Shown one piece after another: positions 30,873 through 40,428 of a stretch of 64,000 nt of DNA (within the stretch, counting starts at the first letter, position 1; every line of letters begins with the position of its first letter). A program made the translations under genes and the position numbers. Source of the DNA: an uncultured bacterium (GTDB lineage: Bacteria > Patescibacteriota > Minisyncoccia > Phycocordibacterales > Phycocordibacteraceae); contig CAIJZI010000005.1 in assembly GCA_903825105.1 (NCBI GenBank), positions 18,821-82,820 on the forward strand. Reading direction: 5' to 3'. A model generated the notes under the pieces. The model was not told the DNA's origin, searched no databases, and saw only the letters and a program-made list of their open reading frames with translations.

Positions 30873-31528
30873 TCTATTTATTTTACGGAACCGACACAGA
30901 AAAAGTTCGAAAAAATGCTTTTGAATGGATTGCTGCCGCGCGCGCGAAAGAGCCGAACCTCGCATACGCGCACATTTCTGGCGCTGAATTAACCTCCAAC
31001 ACAATCGAAGACGCGGCTTCTTCTGGAGGGCTTTTTGTGAAGCGGCTTCTTATATTAATCGACGATCCTTTTCAAGAAGAAGATTCGGCAGAAATTATTG
31101 AGAAAAATATGAATGCGCTCGCTGATTCAGATAATGCGATTATTATTCTCGCGCCGAAACTCACTGCAGCAAAAGCGAAAAAAATTAGTGCGAAAGCGAA
31201 GAAGGTGTATGTGCATGATATAAAAACTGCTACTGGGAAAAACGAGCGCGGATTTAATTCAAATCTCGTGAACGCGCTCGCTGCGAGGAATCGCGAAAAG
31301 CTCTGGCTCGAGATTAACCGCGCGCTTCGAGAAGGTGATGCGGCTGAGATGCTGCATGGGCTGCTCCATTGGAAAGCACGCGATTTGATGGAGAAGGGGA
31401 GTCGAGCATGGACTCAAAATGAATCGCGCCAGTTATCACTTGATCTCATCGCCCTTTTGCAAAAGTCGCGTAGTAGCGACGGGCTCGAATTAGCCGAATC
31501 GCTCGAAAAATTCGCACTATCGATTTGA
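30869..31528 (+). CDS. holA: DNA polymerase III delta subunit-like protein
   Basis: MIYLFYGTD start and GGLFVKRLLIL; position after polA. Confidence 0.65.
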   Translation: MIYLFYGTDTEKVRKNAFEWIAAARAKEPNLAYAHISGAELTSNTIEDAASSGGLFVKRLLILIDDPFQEEDSAEIIEKNMNALADSDNAIIILAPKLTAAKAKKISAKAKKVYVHDIKTATGKNERGFNSNLVNALAARNREKLWLEINRALREGDAAEMLHGLLHWKARDLMEKGSRAWTQNESRQLSLDLIALLQKSRSSDGLELAESLEKFALSI

Positions 31529-31546
31529 GGTATATAATTCAAAAAC

Positions 31547-31936
31547 ATGAAAAAATACGAGCAAGAGATAAGGAAATATCTAAAAGAACGGAAATGGGAT
31601 AATTTGCGTCCAGCAGATCTCGCAAAATCTATATCGATAGAATCAGCTGAATTGCTCGAACTTTTCCAGTGGGAGAATAAAAGTCTTGAAGAAATTAAAA
31701 AAGATAAAGAAAAAGTTGAGGCAATTAAGAAAGAATTAGCAGACGTGCTTCTTTATTGTTTTGACATGAGTGTTCTTTTGAAACTTGATACCGGAAAAAT
31801 TATTTTAGAAAAACTTAAAAAAGTAAAAGAAAAATACCCAGCACATTTATTCAAAAATAGAGACAAAAATGTTGATGCAGGTTCAGAAGAAATTTATTGG
31901 AAAATCAAAAAAGAACACAGAATGAAAGGTAAATAA
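31547..31936 (+). CDS. MazG-like all-alpha NTP pyrophosphohydrolase
   Basis: ERKW..LAKSISIESAELLELFQW..ELADV. Confidence 0.88.
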   Translation: MKKYEQEIRKYLKERKWDNLRPADLAKSISIESAELLELFQWENKSLEEIKKDKEKVEAIKKELADVLLYCFDMSVLLKLDTGKIILEKLKKVKEKYPAHLFKNRDKNVDAGSEEIYWKIKKEHRMKGK

Positions 31937-31940
31937 TTTG

Positions 31941-32013
31941 TGCGCCCAGGTGGACTCGAACCACCGACCAACGGCTTAAAAGACCGCTGCTCTACCAGCT
32001 GAGCTATGGGCGC
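31941..32013 (-). tRNA. tRNA-Lys(TTT)
   Basis: GCGCCCATAGCTCAGCTGGTAGAGC..CT-TTT-AA..GGTTCGAGTCC..GGGCGCA cloverleaf. Confidence 0.95.
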
Positions 32014-32047
32014 GTATTCGTAATTTACCTCTTATTTATGATTTTTT

Positions 32048-32974
32048 CTAGTAGCTAAATGCATCTACCGTTTTTCCACTCGCGTCGAGCAGTTTTACCA
32101 ATTCATTTTTTGTTCGCCATATCGAGTTGGTATGGCCTAAATAAACTCGCCAGACAGTACCTTCAAAATCAGCATCTTTTTGGTGTGTGGTTAAACAGCC
32201 GTTGTAGTTCAAATAATTTGCCACAAAACTTTGGCAGGCGCTCGTGATGCCGACCGGCGGAGTGAGAGCGGTCTGGCATCTATTTAATTTATTAACATAC
32301 TCAATACAGACACTGTCGCGAATATAATAATTGCCATAGTTCGCGAGAAGTTCGTCTGATGGAGAAGGGCACACTTGTGGCAGCACCGGATAAAAATTCT
32401 GGAATGAGCTAAAGTAGCCGATGCACTTATTCTCTTTAAACGAGGCGCCGATGGGCGATCGCCCAGAAATAAGAATGGCCTTTTCTCCGGGAGTTAACAC
32501 AATGTCCTGTGCCTCATTTATCACTCCAGAAGTTGGTGTCTCTGTTCCTTTTGGGATAACTGCTCCATTTCCCGTAGCGCCGCTGGTAATCGTCCAGCCA
32601 GTAATATCTACTGGAACATTCGCTGTGTCTGAAACAGATAATTCAACATATTCATTTGAAGGTTCTGAAGACCCCGCGCCAGAAACAGATTCGCTCATCA
32701 TCACGATCCCACGATAAATCGAAGGAGACCCGTAAAGTGCGCCGCCGACAAGAGACGGGACATTTGTGCTAGAACCATTTTGGACACTCCAACTACTCCC
32801 GCCGATACTAAATGGGGCAATAGGGAAACTTAAGTAAGTGCCGGTCCCAAGAGATTTTGGCAACGATAATGTCGGGCCCGTAAAAGCGATTGGATGTTTC
32901 GGACCGCCGATAATAACCCATATAACAAATATGAATGCGAATATGCCGATAAAAAACCACGCATCGTGCTCCAT
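32048..32974 (-). CDS. Membrane-anchored protein with lamin-tail-like domain
   Basis: N-terminal TM; EYVEL..VDITGWTI and LLDASGKTVD; several Cys. Confidence 0.65.
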   Translation of the reverse strand: MEHDAWFFIGIFAFIFVIWVIIGGPKHPIAFTGPTLSLPKSLGTGTYLSFPIAPFSIGGSSWSVQNGSSTNVPSLVGGALYGSPSIYRGIVMMSESVSGAGSSEPSNEYVELSVSDTANVPVDITGWTITSGATGNGAVIPKGTETPTSGVINEAQDIVLTPGEKAILISGRSPIGASFKENKCIGYFSSFQNFYPVLPQVCPSPSDELLANYGNYYIRDSVCIEYVNKLNRCQTALTPPVGITSACQSFVANYLNYNGCLTTHQKDADFEGTVWRVYLGHTNSIWRTKNELVKLLDASGKTVDAFSY

Positions 32975-33067
32975 ACAGGTATAGTAGCAGAGAGAAAGGT
33001 CTTTACAATAAAAAGTGAGCAGGGTAGCTTAACTACGGAAGTGATCTTTTAACGGGGAGGGGAATAA

Positions 33068-33793
33068 ATGAGAAATGGAAGAGCCTATCCGAAAGGATAT
33101 CGGTACATTCCGATCGAAAGCCAAATAAGCACACTCTCTAATCTGTTTGGCGTAGACGATCGACCTGCACTCGGTTATTCAAAAAACACGGGGCGCCCCC
33201 CGTCGGATGGATTGTTTGCTGTGTTGAGGAGTGGAGCGTTTTCTCCTTCCTCTCATCATTTTGCAGAAATTTATCAAAACGTTTGCAAGTCTGTCGCAAG
33301 AGAGATAGGAGTCAAGGTTTTAGGAACGAGCATCTCATCTTTTATCAGATTTGCACACACAAGAAACACGCTCGAAGAAATCGCTGAGATTCAGAATGGC
33401 AGCGACATTCTGATAATCAGTGCCCAACTTGGTCTCGAGCGCTGTGGCCAGTCGGTGGATTACGCCAGGAAAGATTGCTCGATAAGCCGGCGCGGCGAAT
33501 TCTGTCTCGGCACCTTGGAACTACTCTCGATCGCCATAACTCATCCGCATCGCTTTTCAGATAACGAAGGGCTTGGTGTTGATTGTGCTGGCGATTCAGC
33601 AGACAAGCACGGATTCCCAGCATCTCCGGTATTAAGACCTTTAGGGAACGGAGATCTTGTATTGTCGTCATGCTTTTCAGATGGGACGAGTGATATTTAC
33701 GGGGTTCCAACTGGTTTTTTCTCTCCGGCGGCACAACGCTCGGTTGAACTTAAAAGGAAAGGCAGGTTACCAAAACTCGCCTTCGCTGTATGA
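33068..33793 (+). CDS. Hypothetical protein, tandem paralog A
   Basis: DILIISAQLG, EFCLG, THPHRF, CAGD and YGVPTGF; SD-led; terminator 33804-33832. Confidence 0.75.
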   Translation: MRNGRAYPKGYRYIPIESQISTLSNLFGVDDRPALGYSKNTGRPPSDGLFAVLRSGAFSPSSHHFAEIYQNVCKSVAREIGVKVLGTSISSFIRFAHTRNTLEEIAEIQNGSDILIISAQLGLERCGQSVDYARKDCSISRRGEFCLGTLELLSIAITHPHRFSDNEGLGVDCAGDSADKHGFPASPVLRPLGNGDLVLSSCFSDGTSDIYGVPTGFFSPAAQRSVELKRKGRLPKLAFAV

Positions 33794-33921
33794 ACAAGAA
33801 TTTATAGGCAGTCACTTTATGTGGCTGCCTATTTTCTTATTTTCCGCAACAATAGTGTGTCTTGATAATTGTCATCTTGTACGTTAATTTGCAGGAGGAC
33901 AGAAGCTCTTTAGGAGGCGAA

Positions 33922-34686
33922 ATGAATACTATCAGAACGCAGATCAAAAATCTCGCAGAGATTTTTGACTTAGATCCGCGTCCGGCACGTGCTTTCGCGA
34001 TGGAGTTGCCGGATATTCCAGATGGCGCAGAGGCGTGGGTCGCGCGTCCAGCGATTGAGGCGTTGCAGAGGAACTACTTTCCTCAAATAAACGACCCGGA
34101 CAAAATGCACTGTCGGGGCATCGAGCTTGTATTGTCGAAGATCCAGGAACACCGGGAGCTTCATAATCAATTCCACTCTCGACTCGAGAGAGTAATAAAA
34201 CCGAACCAGTTGCGAATTCATTCGCGCACGGTGCCATTTTTGGATCAAATCGCACAGGCTCAAAAAGGTGACATCCAAATCATCGCGGTTCAACTCGGGC
34301 GACTCTATTGTGAAGAATCCGTTTCAGATGCTCGGTTGAGTTTTTTCGAAAACGAATTCGGTCTGGACAGCATAACAGTGGGTTCTGTCATACTGACTCA
34401 TCCTAGGAGATTCATTAACATGGATGATCGGTATGTTTTCTGCGCCGGAGAAGAGTGCTGTGGTGAGCATATAGAATTCAAAAATTGCCCGTCGTTTGAC
34501 CAGTTTCTTTCCCGTAGTGGGGGGGGGATCAGCTGTATCAGTTACGGTTATGGCGGCATCCACTACAAAAGTTCTTTCTATGGGGCGGCCTCGGGATTTG
34601 TCCCGGAATTGCGCGCGACAAAAGGTAAGCGCGTAAGATCTTGGAAGATTCCTATCCCTATGCGTACACAACCCGTTTTCGCTTAA
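33922..34686 (+). CDS. Hypothetical protein, tandem paralog B
   Basis: DIQIIAVQLG, EFGLD, THPRRF, CAGE and YGAASGF; AGGAGG SD; terminator 34688-34718. Confidence 0.75.
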   Translation: MNTIRTQIKNLAEIFDLDPRPARAFAMELPDIPDGAEAWVARPAIEALQRNYFPQINDPDKMHCRGIELVLSKIQEHRELHNQFHSRLERVIKPNQLRIHSRTVPFLDQIAQAQKGDIQIIAVQLGRLYCEESVSDARLSFFENEFGLDSITVGSVILTHPRRFINMDDRYVFCAGEECCGEHIEFKNCPSFDQFLSRSGGGISCISYGYGGIHYKSSFYGAASGFVPELRATKGKRVRSWKIPIPMRTQPVFA

Positions 34687-34703
34687 AAACAGGGCTATCT
34701 AAA

Positions 34704-35987
34704 TCAGATAGCCCTGTTGTTTTTTAATTTTTCTAATTCTTCCCGTACGACAGTTGCATCGCTCCAGGGAGTTTTAGAACCATGAGAACCCATTATAAAA
34801 GGGTCAGTGCCTTTGCCAGAAATCAAAACAGCGTCGCCAGAGCGCGCCGCGCGAAGCGCGGCGTGTATCGCTTCTCTTCTATCCATAATAATTTCTGGCA
34901 CGCGAGACATTCCGCCCGCTATATCATTAATAATTTTTTCTGGATCTTCGTCATATGGATCTTCATTGGTGAGAATAACTTTTCCGCAACACTCGTCCGC
35001 AATTTTGCCCATCTCTGGCCTTTTCCAAGAATCGCGTCCTCCGCCGGTGCTGCCAAGCACACAGATCTTTTTGTGATTTGCGAACGCGCCATACAGAGCC
35101 TGAAGTGAATCGGGTGTGTGTGCATAATCAACAACGGCGATAAAATCTTGACCCATATCAATTCGCTCCACACGACCACGCACCACAGGAAGATTTTTTA
35201 ATGCCGCTGACGCTGCCGAGAGAGAAATACCAAATGCCTCGCAGAGTTTTATTGTCGCGAGCGCATTCATCGCATTAAAAACGCCTGGGATCGGCAGTGA
35301 GAAATGAGTATCGGCATAATCAAATGCAATACTGCTATCATCGCTCGAAACATTTTTAAGTTCCTGCTTGCTAAACCCGATTGCTTTTGAAACTTTTGAA
35401 GAAAGAAATTCGCGGCTTTCGAGGGCATCTTCATTCGCGACGAGAATTTTAGAATGTTTTGGAGAGTTCGCGAGTGTTTCAACTATTTTTCTTTTTGCGG
35501 CAACATACTTTTCAAATGAGCCGTGGCTCTCAATGTGCTCACGCTGGATGTTTGTCACAATAAGTCCATCAAGATACAAAAATAAATTGCGATATTGCAA
35601 GACACTTTCAGAAGTCACTTCAATCACCATGTGCGTACAGCCAGCCTTCAAAGCGCGACGCATAAATGCTTGTGCGAAGCCGCGCCCTTGGAGCGTCATT
35701 TTGTACAAATTTTGTTCAGAATTATCTTCAATAGCGAAGCGAATGGTAGAAATAAGCGCTGTTTTGTATCCCGCTTTTCGCAATACGGCAAAAAGCATTT
35801 CAGCCGTTGTCGATTTTCCTTTTGTTCCTGTAACACCGATAACGGTGAGCTTTTTAGCAGGGAAGCCATAAGCGAATGCCATAACATAAGCGAGAACGCA
35901 GTGGTACGCTGGCAAAAGTGGACGAACGATGCTTTTTGGGAGAATCTTTTTTAAAATCTTGACGACAATATTTATAAATTTGTACAT
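34704..35987 (-). CDS. murE: Mur ligase, MurE-like
   Basis: GVTGTKGKSTT, EVTS, VDYAHTPDS, GGGRD, EDPYDE and GKG. Confidence 0.9.
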   Translation of the reverse strand: MYKFINIVVKILKKILPKSIVRPLLPAYHCVLAYVMAFAYGFPAKKLTVIGVTGTKGKSTTAEMLFAVLRKAGYKTALISTIRFAIEDNSEQNLYKMTLQGRGFAQAFMRRALKAGCTHMVIEVTSESVLQYRNLFLYLDGLIVTNIQREHIESHGSFEKYVAAKRKIVETLANSPKHSKILVANEDALESREFLSSKVSKAIGFSKQELKNVSSDDSSIAFDYADTHFSLPIPGVFNAMNALATIKLCEAFGISLSAASAALKNLPVVRGRVERIDMGQDFIAVVDYAHTPDSLQALYGAFANHKKICVLGSTGGGRDSWKRPEMGKIADECCGKVILTNEDPYDEDPEKIINDIAGGMSRVPEIIMDRREAIHAALRAARSGDAVLISGKGTDPFIMGSHGSKTPWSDATVVREELEKLKNNRAI

Positions 35988-35996
35988 AAATAATTT

Positions 35997-36542
35997 TTAA
36001 TTACCTGAAGAAAGTGCTGCTTTGAGGCGTTTATCTTTACCGACCTGATCATCGGGGATCGCTTGGAGCGCTTTACGCGCTTCGCGCTCGGTGTAACCAA
36101 GCGCGACAAGCGTGTCGAACACTTCATTGTCCGCAGAGTCGTGTGCGTGCGCGCCAACCTTCTCTGCGAGCTCTATCAGCATTTTTTCTGCACTCTTTTT
36201 CCCGAGCCCAACTACCTTTGTTAAGTACTGGAGATCTCTTTTACCAATCGCTCCCTCAAGCGCTTCGCGCGGGGAGCGGCGCATAATACTAAGCGCAGTC
36301 TTAGGTCCAATGCCAGAAACAGAAATAATAAGTTCGAAGAAGTCGCGCTCGTTGGCGTCGATGAATCCATAAAGATCAACACCGTCCTGCTTCACAGCCA
36401 GATGCGTCGCGAGAGTCGCTTCTGTACCCACTTCAATTTTTTGTGGATTCGCGAGATAGACCTCGATACCGAAGCCGGCGACTTCAACAATAGCGCTTGT
36501 TATCTCGGCTGAGAGTACCTTGCCGCGTATTTGCCTGATCAT
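35997..36542 (-). CDS. ruvA: Holliday junction DNA-binding protein RuvA
   Basis: LYGF, VSGIGPKTA, GLGKKSAEK and LVALGY. Confidence 0.96.
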   Translation of the reverse strand: MIRQIRGKVLSAEITSAIVEVAGFGIEVYLANPQKIEVGTEATLATHLAVKQDGVDLYGFIDANERDFFELIISVSGIGPKTALSIMRRSPREALEGAIGKRDLQYLTKVVGLGKKSAEKMLIELAEKVGAHAHDSADNEVFDTLVALGYTEREARKALQAIPDDQVGKDKRLKAALSSGN

Positions 36543-36608
36543 CCATCTATCATACCGCCATTTGCATTTTTTGCGTAAAACTTGTACGATGCATCCATCA
36601 ACTAATTT

Positions 36609-36875
36609 ATGGCAATAACCAAATCGGCAAAAAGAGCAATTCGATCTTCTGACAAGAAGCGTGTTTTTAATCTCCGACGCAAGAATGCGCTTACGGACAC
36701 TACAAAAGCAATCACCAAGGCGCTCACAACGAAAGATGTTAAGGGGGCAGAGAAGCTTCTCTCAGGAGCCTATAAAGCAATCGACAAAGCCTGCAAAAAC
36801 GGCGTTATTAAGAAAAATACAGCAAGTCGCAAAAAGTCGCGCCTCGCCCTCGCGATTAAAAAGGCAAAAGGTTAA
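36609..36875 (+). CDS. rpsT: 30S ribosomal protein S20
   Basis: MAITKSAKRAIR..IDKA..IKKNTASRKKSRL. Confidence 0.96.
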   Translation: MAITKSAKRAIRSSDKKRVFNLRRKNALTDTTKAITKALTTKDVKGAEKLLSGAYKAIDKACKNGVIKKNTASRKKSRLALAIKKAKG

Positions 36876-36876
36876 T

Positions 36877-36951
36877 TGGTGCTCCTGCCAGGAATCGAAC
36901 CTGGATTTCTTCCTTCGCAGGGAAGTGTCCTATCCGTTGAACGACAGGAGC
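36877..36951 (-). tRNA. tRNA-Arg(GCG)
   Basis: GCTCCTGTCGTTCAACGGATAGGAC-A-CTTCC-CTGCGAA-GGAAG..GGTTCGATTCC..GGAGCACCA. Confidence 0.93.
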
Positions 36952-37045
36952 GTAGTGAGGAAATGCGACTGCACGTCCTTGTGTAGGCGGATTCTCCGAA
37001 CGAGCTCATGTATGCCTACATACAGGAGCAATAAATAAAGGTATA

Positions 37046-37519
37046 TCAGAAACCGAGCCAAGCCGCCACTAGATCAGAGAAGGTGTGCGGATGTTCCTTC
37101 TCGTCAACACTCTTAAGAAAGTGGAGATACACCACATCCGCATCAACACCCTCAAGCGGGATTATTAGGTGTGGCGAGAGCCAAGTATTATTTTTAATAG
37201 AAAGAAGAGGAGGGAATTCACCCTCGATATCTTCGAGAACAGAAAAAGAAATCATCTTTTCAAAAGGGTGCAATTCTTCGCCAATCATAATTCCTTTATC
37301 TATCAACTTGAAACGGTGGAGTGGAGGGTGTTTGGCAGCGTGAATGGCGATAACTAGAGCGGCGACAACCACAAGAACGGCAGGCAGATATTGGGCAAAA
37401 AGAACGAGTGCTATGGTAATCGCTATAGCGATAATCCATAAAGCGACATACCAATCGGTGCTTTTTGGGTTGTGATCATATTCTCGTCCCTCCCATTCAA
37501 CAATTTCATCTCGTGGCAT
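37046..37519 (-). CDS. Conserved hypothetical membrane protein
   Basis: WEGREY..KSTDWY and two TM helices; leaderless start. Confidence 0.75.
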   Translation of the reverse strand: MPRDEIVEWEGREYDHNPKSTDWYVALWIIAIAITIALVLFAQYLPAVLVVVAALVIAIHAAKHPPLHRFKLIDKGIMIGEELHPFEKMISFSVLEDIEGEFPPLLSIKNNTWLSPHLIIPLEGVDADVVYLHFLKSVDEKEHPHTFSDLVAAWLGF

Positions 37520-37600
37520 ACCACAAGTATATCACTCAACTCTATTGCGAAGCGGGGCATATGGATATATAAGTGACTTATTGTACATAATTAAAATAAA

Positions 37601-38143
37601 ATGATTCCCACAAAAGTATTTTTAACAAAAGGAGTTGGCGTTCATAAAGATAAGCTCGCGAGTTTCGAATTCGCCCTACGGAATGCGGGTATAGAGAAAT
37701 GTAATCTCGTGTATGTTTCAAGTATCTTTCCACCAAAAGCGAAGATTATTTCAAAAGAGAAGGGCATTCAAGAATTGAATGCGGGGCAGATCACTTTTTG
37801 TGTAATGTCGCGAAATGAGACGAATGAGCCGAGTCGTAGAGTCTCATCTTCAGTTGGGCTCGCTATGCCGAGCGACAATACGCACTATGGCTACCTATCT
37901 GAGCACCACTCTTTTGGTGAAAAGGGAGAAGTCGCTGGAGAATATGCAGAAGACCTCGCGGCGACGATGCTCGCGACGACGCTGGGCGTAGAGTTTAACG
38001 CTGACTCGGCGTGGAGCGAACGCGAACAAGTCTATAAACAATCTGGGCATATCTTCAAGACGACCAACATCACTGCCTCTGCAGAAGGGGATAAGGACGG
38101 CCACTGGACAACCGTCATTTCTGCCGCGGTTCTCTTGCCATAA
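37601..38143 (+). CDS. Pyruvoyl-dependent arginine decarboxylase
   Basis: [25 protein letters not shown] (self-cleavage Ser-Ser), GYLSEHH and WTTVISAAV. Confidence 0.9.
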   Translation: MIPTKVFLTKGVGVHKDKLASFEFALRNAGIEKCNLVYVSSIFPPKAKIISKEKGIQELNAGQITFCVMSRNETNEPSRRVSSSVGLAMPSDNTHYGYLSEHHSFGEKGEVAGEYAEDLAATMLATTLGVEFNADSAWSEREQVYKQSGHIFKTTNITASAEGDKDGHWTTVISAAVLLP

Positions 38144-38226
38144 GTTATTCGGCATAAAGCTTGACATAAGCGATTATTCGCGTATATTTATGCTTGGAAA
38201 CAGGGTCTTTTTGAAAGGGGCATGAA

Positions 38227-38673
38227 ATGGTCGAATTAAGGAATTGGAAATTCGCGAGCCTAGTTTTCTTTGGGCAGGTTGGCGTGTTTGTTGCTGCATA
38301 CTCTGTCTACCAAAATGTTTTGTGTGCTCTTACTGACACATTTCTCTTTGCGGCGTTCATTACTATTTGGATGAAAGTCCGCAGGCCGAGAGAAGTACAG
38401 AAGCGTATGTGTTCAAGCTGTGCCGCTTTTGCCGTATTTCCTGCGCTTGTGCACTTGCGATTCCAGCAAGAAACAGAAAGCGTCATACCACTCCTGCTCT
38501 TATTTCTGCTTCCAGCTATAGGGGCCGCAGGAGTTTCAGCCGGCAGTTTTCGGAATTCTCCCAGAAAGTGGTTGTTGAACTTTCTCGCTGATCTCCCGCT
38601 TGGCATCGGCTTCATCGCCGGCGGGGTGATTCTCTCCTGTCAGAAATGGCAGAAGAGAGCAGCAGCAGTCTGA
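38227..38673 (+). CDS. Multi-pass membrane protein, paralog of 2505..2966
   Basis: MVELRNWK..WLLNFLADLPLGIG; TTGACA promoter; terminator 38695-38722. Confidence 0.7.
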   Translation: MVELRNWKFASLVFFGQVGVFVAAYSVYQNVLCALTDTFLFAAFITIWMKVRRPREVQKRMCSSCAAFAVFPALVHLRFQQETESVIPLLLLFLLPAIGAAGVSAGSFRNSPRKWLLNFLADLPLGIGFIAGGVILSCQKWQKRAAAV

Positions 38674-38738
38674 TCTTTCTTAAAAAAAATAGCAAAAGCG
38701 CGTCTCGCAAGAGACGCGCTTTCTTTTTAAATATACTG

Positions 38739-38822
38739 CGGAAGGGGTGGGACTCGAACCCACAAGGGCTTTTGGCCCGCCAGTTTTCAAGACTGGTTCC
38801 TTACCATTCGGAGCACCCTTCC
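38739..38822 (-). tRNA. tRNA-Ser(TGA)
   Basis: GGAAGGGTGCTCCGAATGGTAAGGA-A-CCAGT-CTTGAAA-ACTGG, long variable arm, GGTTCGAGTCC. Confidence 0.95.
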
Positions 38823-38826
38823 ATTT

Positions 38827-39303
38827 CTACTTTTGCAGTGTAGCGCTAAGCCAACTTTTTTCCAAATAATGCTTTTCTGCATGGCAATTTGGGCAAAGTA
38901 ATTCCAAATTGCTTAATTCATTGTGATTTCTGTTTTTATCTTTGTGATGAACATTCAGAATTTCTTTTTTGTTATAGCCACACATCTCACATTTTTCTCC
39001 CCGTAAAGCAAAAAGTCGTAACTTAAGCGAACGCTGATCCTTAACTTTATCTTTCGGGCGCCCAATTTTATAACGAATTCCTGCTCGATGTATATTTGCA
39101 CAACGCCTGCTACACGTTTTTGCATTCATTCTTGCGAGAATCGGCGTCCCACAGACAGCACACGGCGTCTCTTTTCTATTGGCAATTCCATAGCATTCCT
39201 TACCACAAAAAACTCGACCACGCTTTATTTCAGTTGGGCGTCTATAAATTGGCTTAGCACAAACTCCGCACTTAACATTTGGATTTCTTTTATAATTATC
39301 CAC
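38827..39303 (-). CDS. HNH endonuclease with N-terminal Zn-finger repeats, directly upstream of tRNA-Ser
   Basis: CxxC..FCxxxC repeats; CEMCG..VHHKDKNRNHNELSNLELLCPNCHAEKH. Confidence 0.9.
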   Translation of the reverse strand: MDNYKRNPNVKCGVCAKPIYRRPTEIKRGRVFCGKECYGIANRKETPCAVCGTPILARMNAKTCSRRCANIHRAGIRYKIGRPKDKVKDQRSLKLRLFALRGEKCEMCGYNKKEILNVHHKDKNRNHNELSNLELLCPNCHAEKHYLEKSWLSATLQK

Positions 39304-39336
39304 TCACATATTATACCACTAACACAATAACCTTAA

Positions 39337-39612
39337 TTACACCGATTCTGATGAATGGTGAATATGTGTGTGCTCTGAGTGATTTTTAGAAATATCTTTT
39401 CTGAACCAGATGAGATAGACGATCTCGAGAATGCCGAGCGTGTTGGCGATAAGGAGGAAGAAGAACCACCATTTCTGATTCCCGCGCGCAGCGTGCCAGA
39501 GTGCGAAGCCTTTTAAAACAAGCGTCCATACTATTGCTGCTAAAAATAATGGAGCAAAAACAGCAATTATCGCAGGGGTAAGTGGAGAATAAAAAGGAAG
39601 AAATGTGTGCAT
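39337..39612 (-). CDS. Small membrane protein (DUF5652-like)
   Basis: WTLVLKGFALWHAAR..WF..NTLGILEIVYL. Confidence 0.75.
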   Translation of the reverse strand: MHTFLPFYSPLTPAIIAVFAPLFLAAIVWTLVLKGFALWHAARGNQKWWFFFLLIANTLGILEIVYLIWFRKDISKNHSEHTHIHHSSESV

Positions 39613-39641
39613 ATAAGCGAATTATAGCATAAACTGGGCGT

Positions 39642-40049
39642 ATGCGGTACTTAGGAGTTGATTATGGGAGTAAAAGAGTCGGGATCGCCTTGTCTGGCGA
39701 AGCGGGGAGTATGGGATTCCCTCACTCGATTATCGAGAACACCAAACACCTTGTTGATGAGGTGTGTGCTCTTATTGAAAAAGAAAAAGTCGACGCGATA
39801 GTTATTGGAGATTCAGAAAATTTTTCCGGAGGAAGAAATGCGATTGCTGAAAATGCAAAAAAATTTGGCGATGCCGTGAGTGAGAAAACAGGGAAGCCCG
39901 TATTTTTTGAATCAGAGATTTTTACCACCGCTCTCGCGCGTCGGGTGCCAGAAAAAGAACTGAAATCGCGTTCGCCCAAACAACATAAAAAAGTGGATGC
40001 GTCAGCCGCGGCGCTTATTCTTACCAGTTATCTTTCAAAATATGAATAA
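39642..40049 (+). CDS. ruvX: YqgF/RuvX pre-16S rRNA nuclease
   Basis: YLGVDYGSKRVGIA, E.FTT and VDASAAALIL. Confidence 0.92.
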   Translation: MRYLGVDYGSKRVGIALSGEAGSMGFPHSIIENTKHLVDEVCALIEKEKVDAIVIGDSENFSGGRNAIAENAKKFGDAVSEKTGKPVFFESEIFTTALARRVPEKELKSRSPKQHKKVDASAAALILTSYLSKYE

Positions 40050-40380
40050 AGAAAAAATTTCAATAGAAGACTTTTCAAAAATAGAAGTAAAAGTCGGCAC
40101 GGTAAAAACAGCTGAAAAGATTCCAGAAACAGAAAAACTCTTGCGGCTCACTGTTGATTTTGGCGAAGAAAGTGTACGACAAATTGTTTCTGGTATCGCT
40201 GGATATGTCTCTGAACCAGAATCTTTGATTGGGAGACAGCTCGCTTTTGTTACAAATCTCGAGCCGAGAACGATCCGCGGTTTTGAATCAAACGGTATGC
40301 TCTTCGCGGTTGGCGAAGGAGAATCATTTGCATTTGTTACTCCCGATCGAGAAGTTCCGCCGGGGACCAGTGCACACTAA
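40042..40380 (+). CDS. tRNA-binding OB-fold protein (Trbp111/MetG C-terminal-like)
   Basis: ISIEDFSKIEVKVGTV, RQIVSGI, NLEPR and ESNGML. Confidence 0.9.
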   Translation: MNKEKISIEDFSKIEVKVGTVKTAEKIPETEKLLRLTVDFGEESVRQIVSGIAGYVSEPESLIGRQLAFVTNLEPRTIRGFESNGMLFAVGEGESFAFVTPDREVPPGTSAH

Positions 40381-40428
40381 TCACAAATTAATAATCTTTT
40401 TTATGGTTTGGCGTTATACTGTTTAGTA

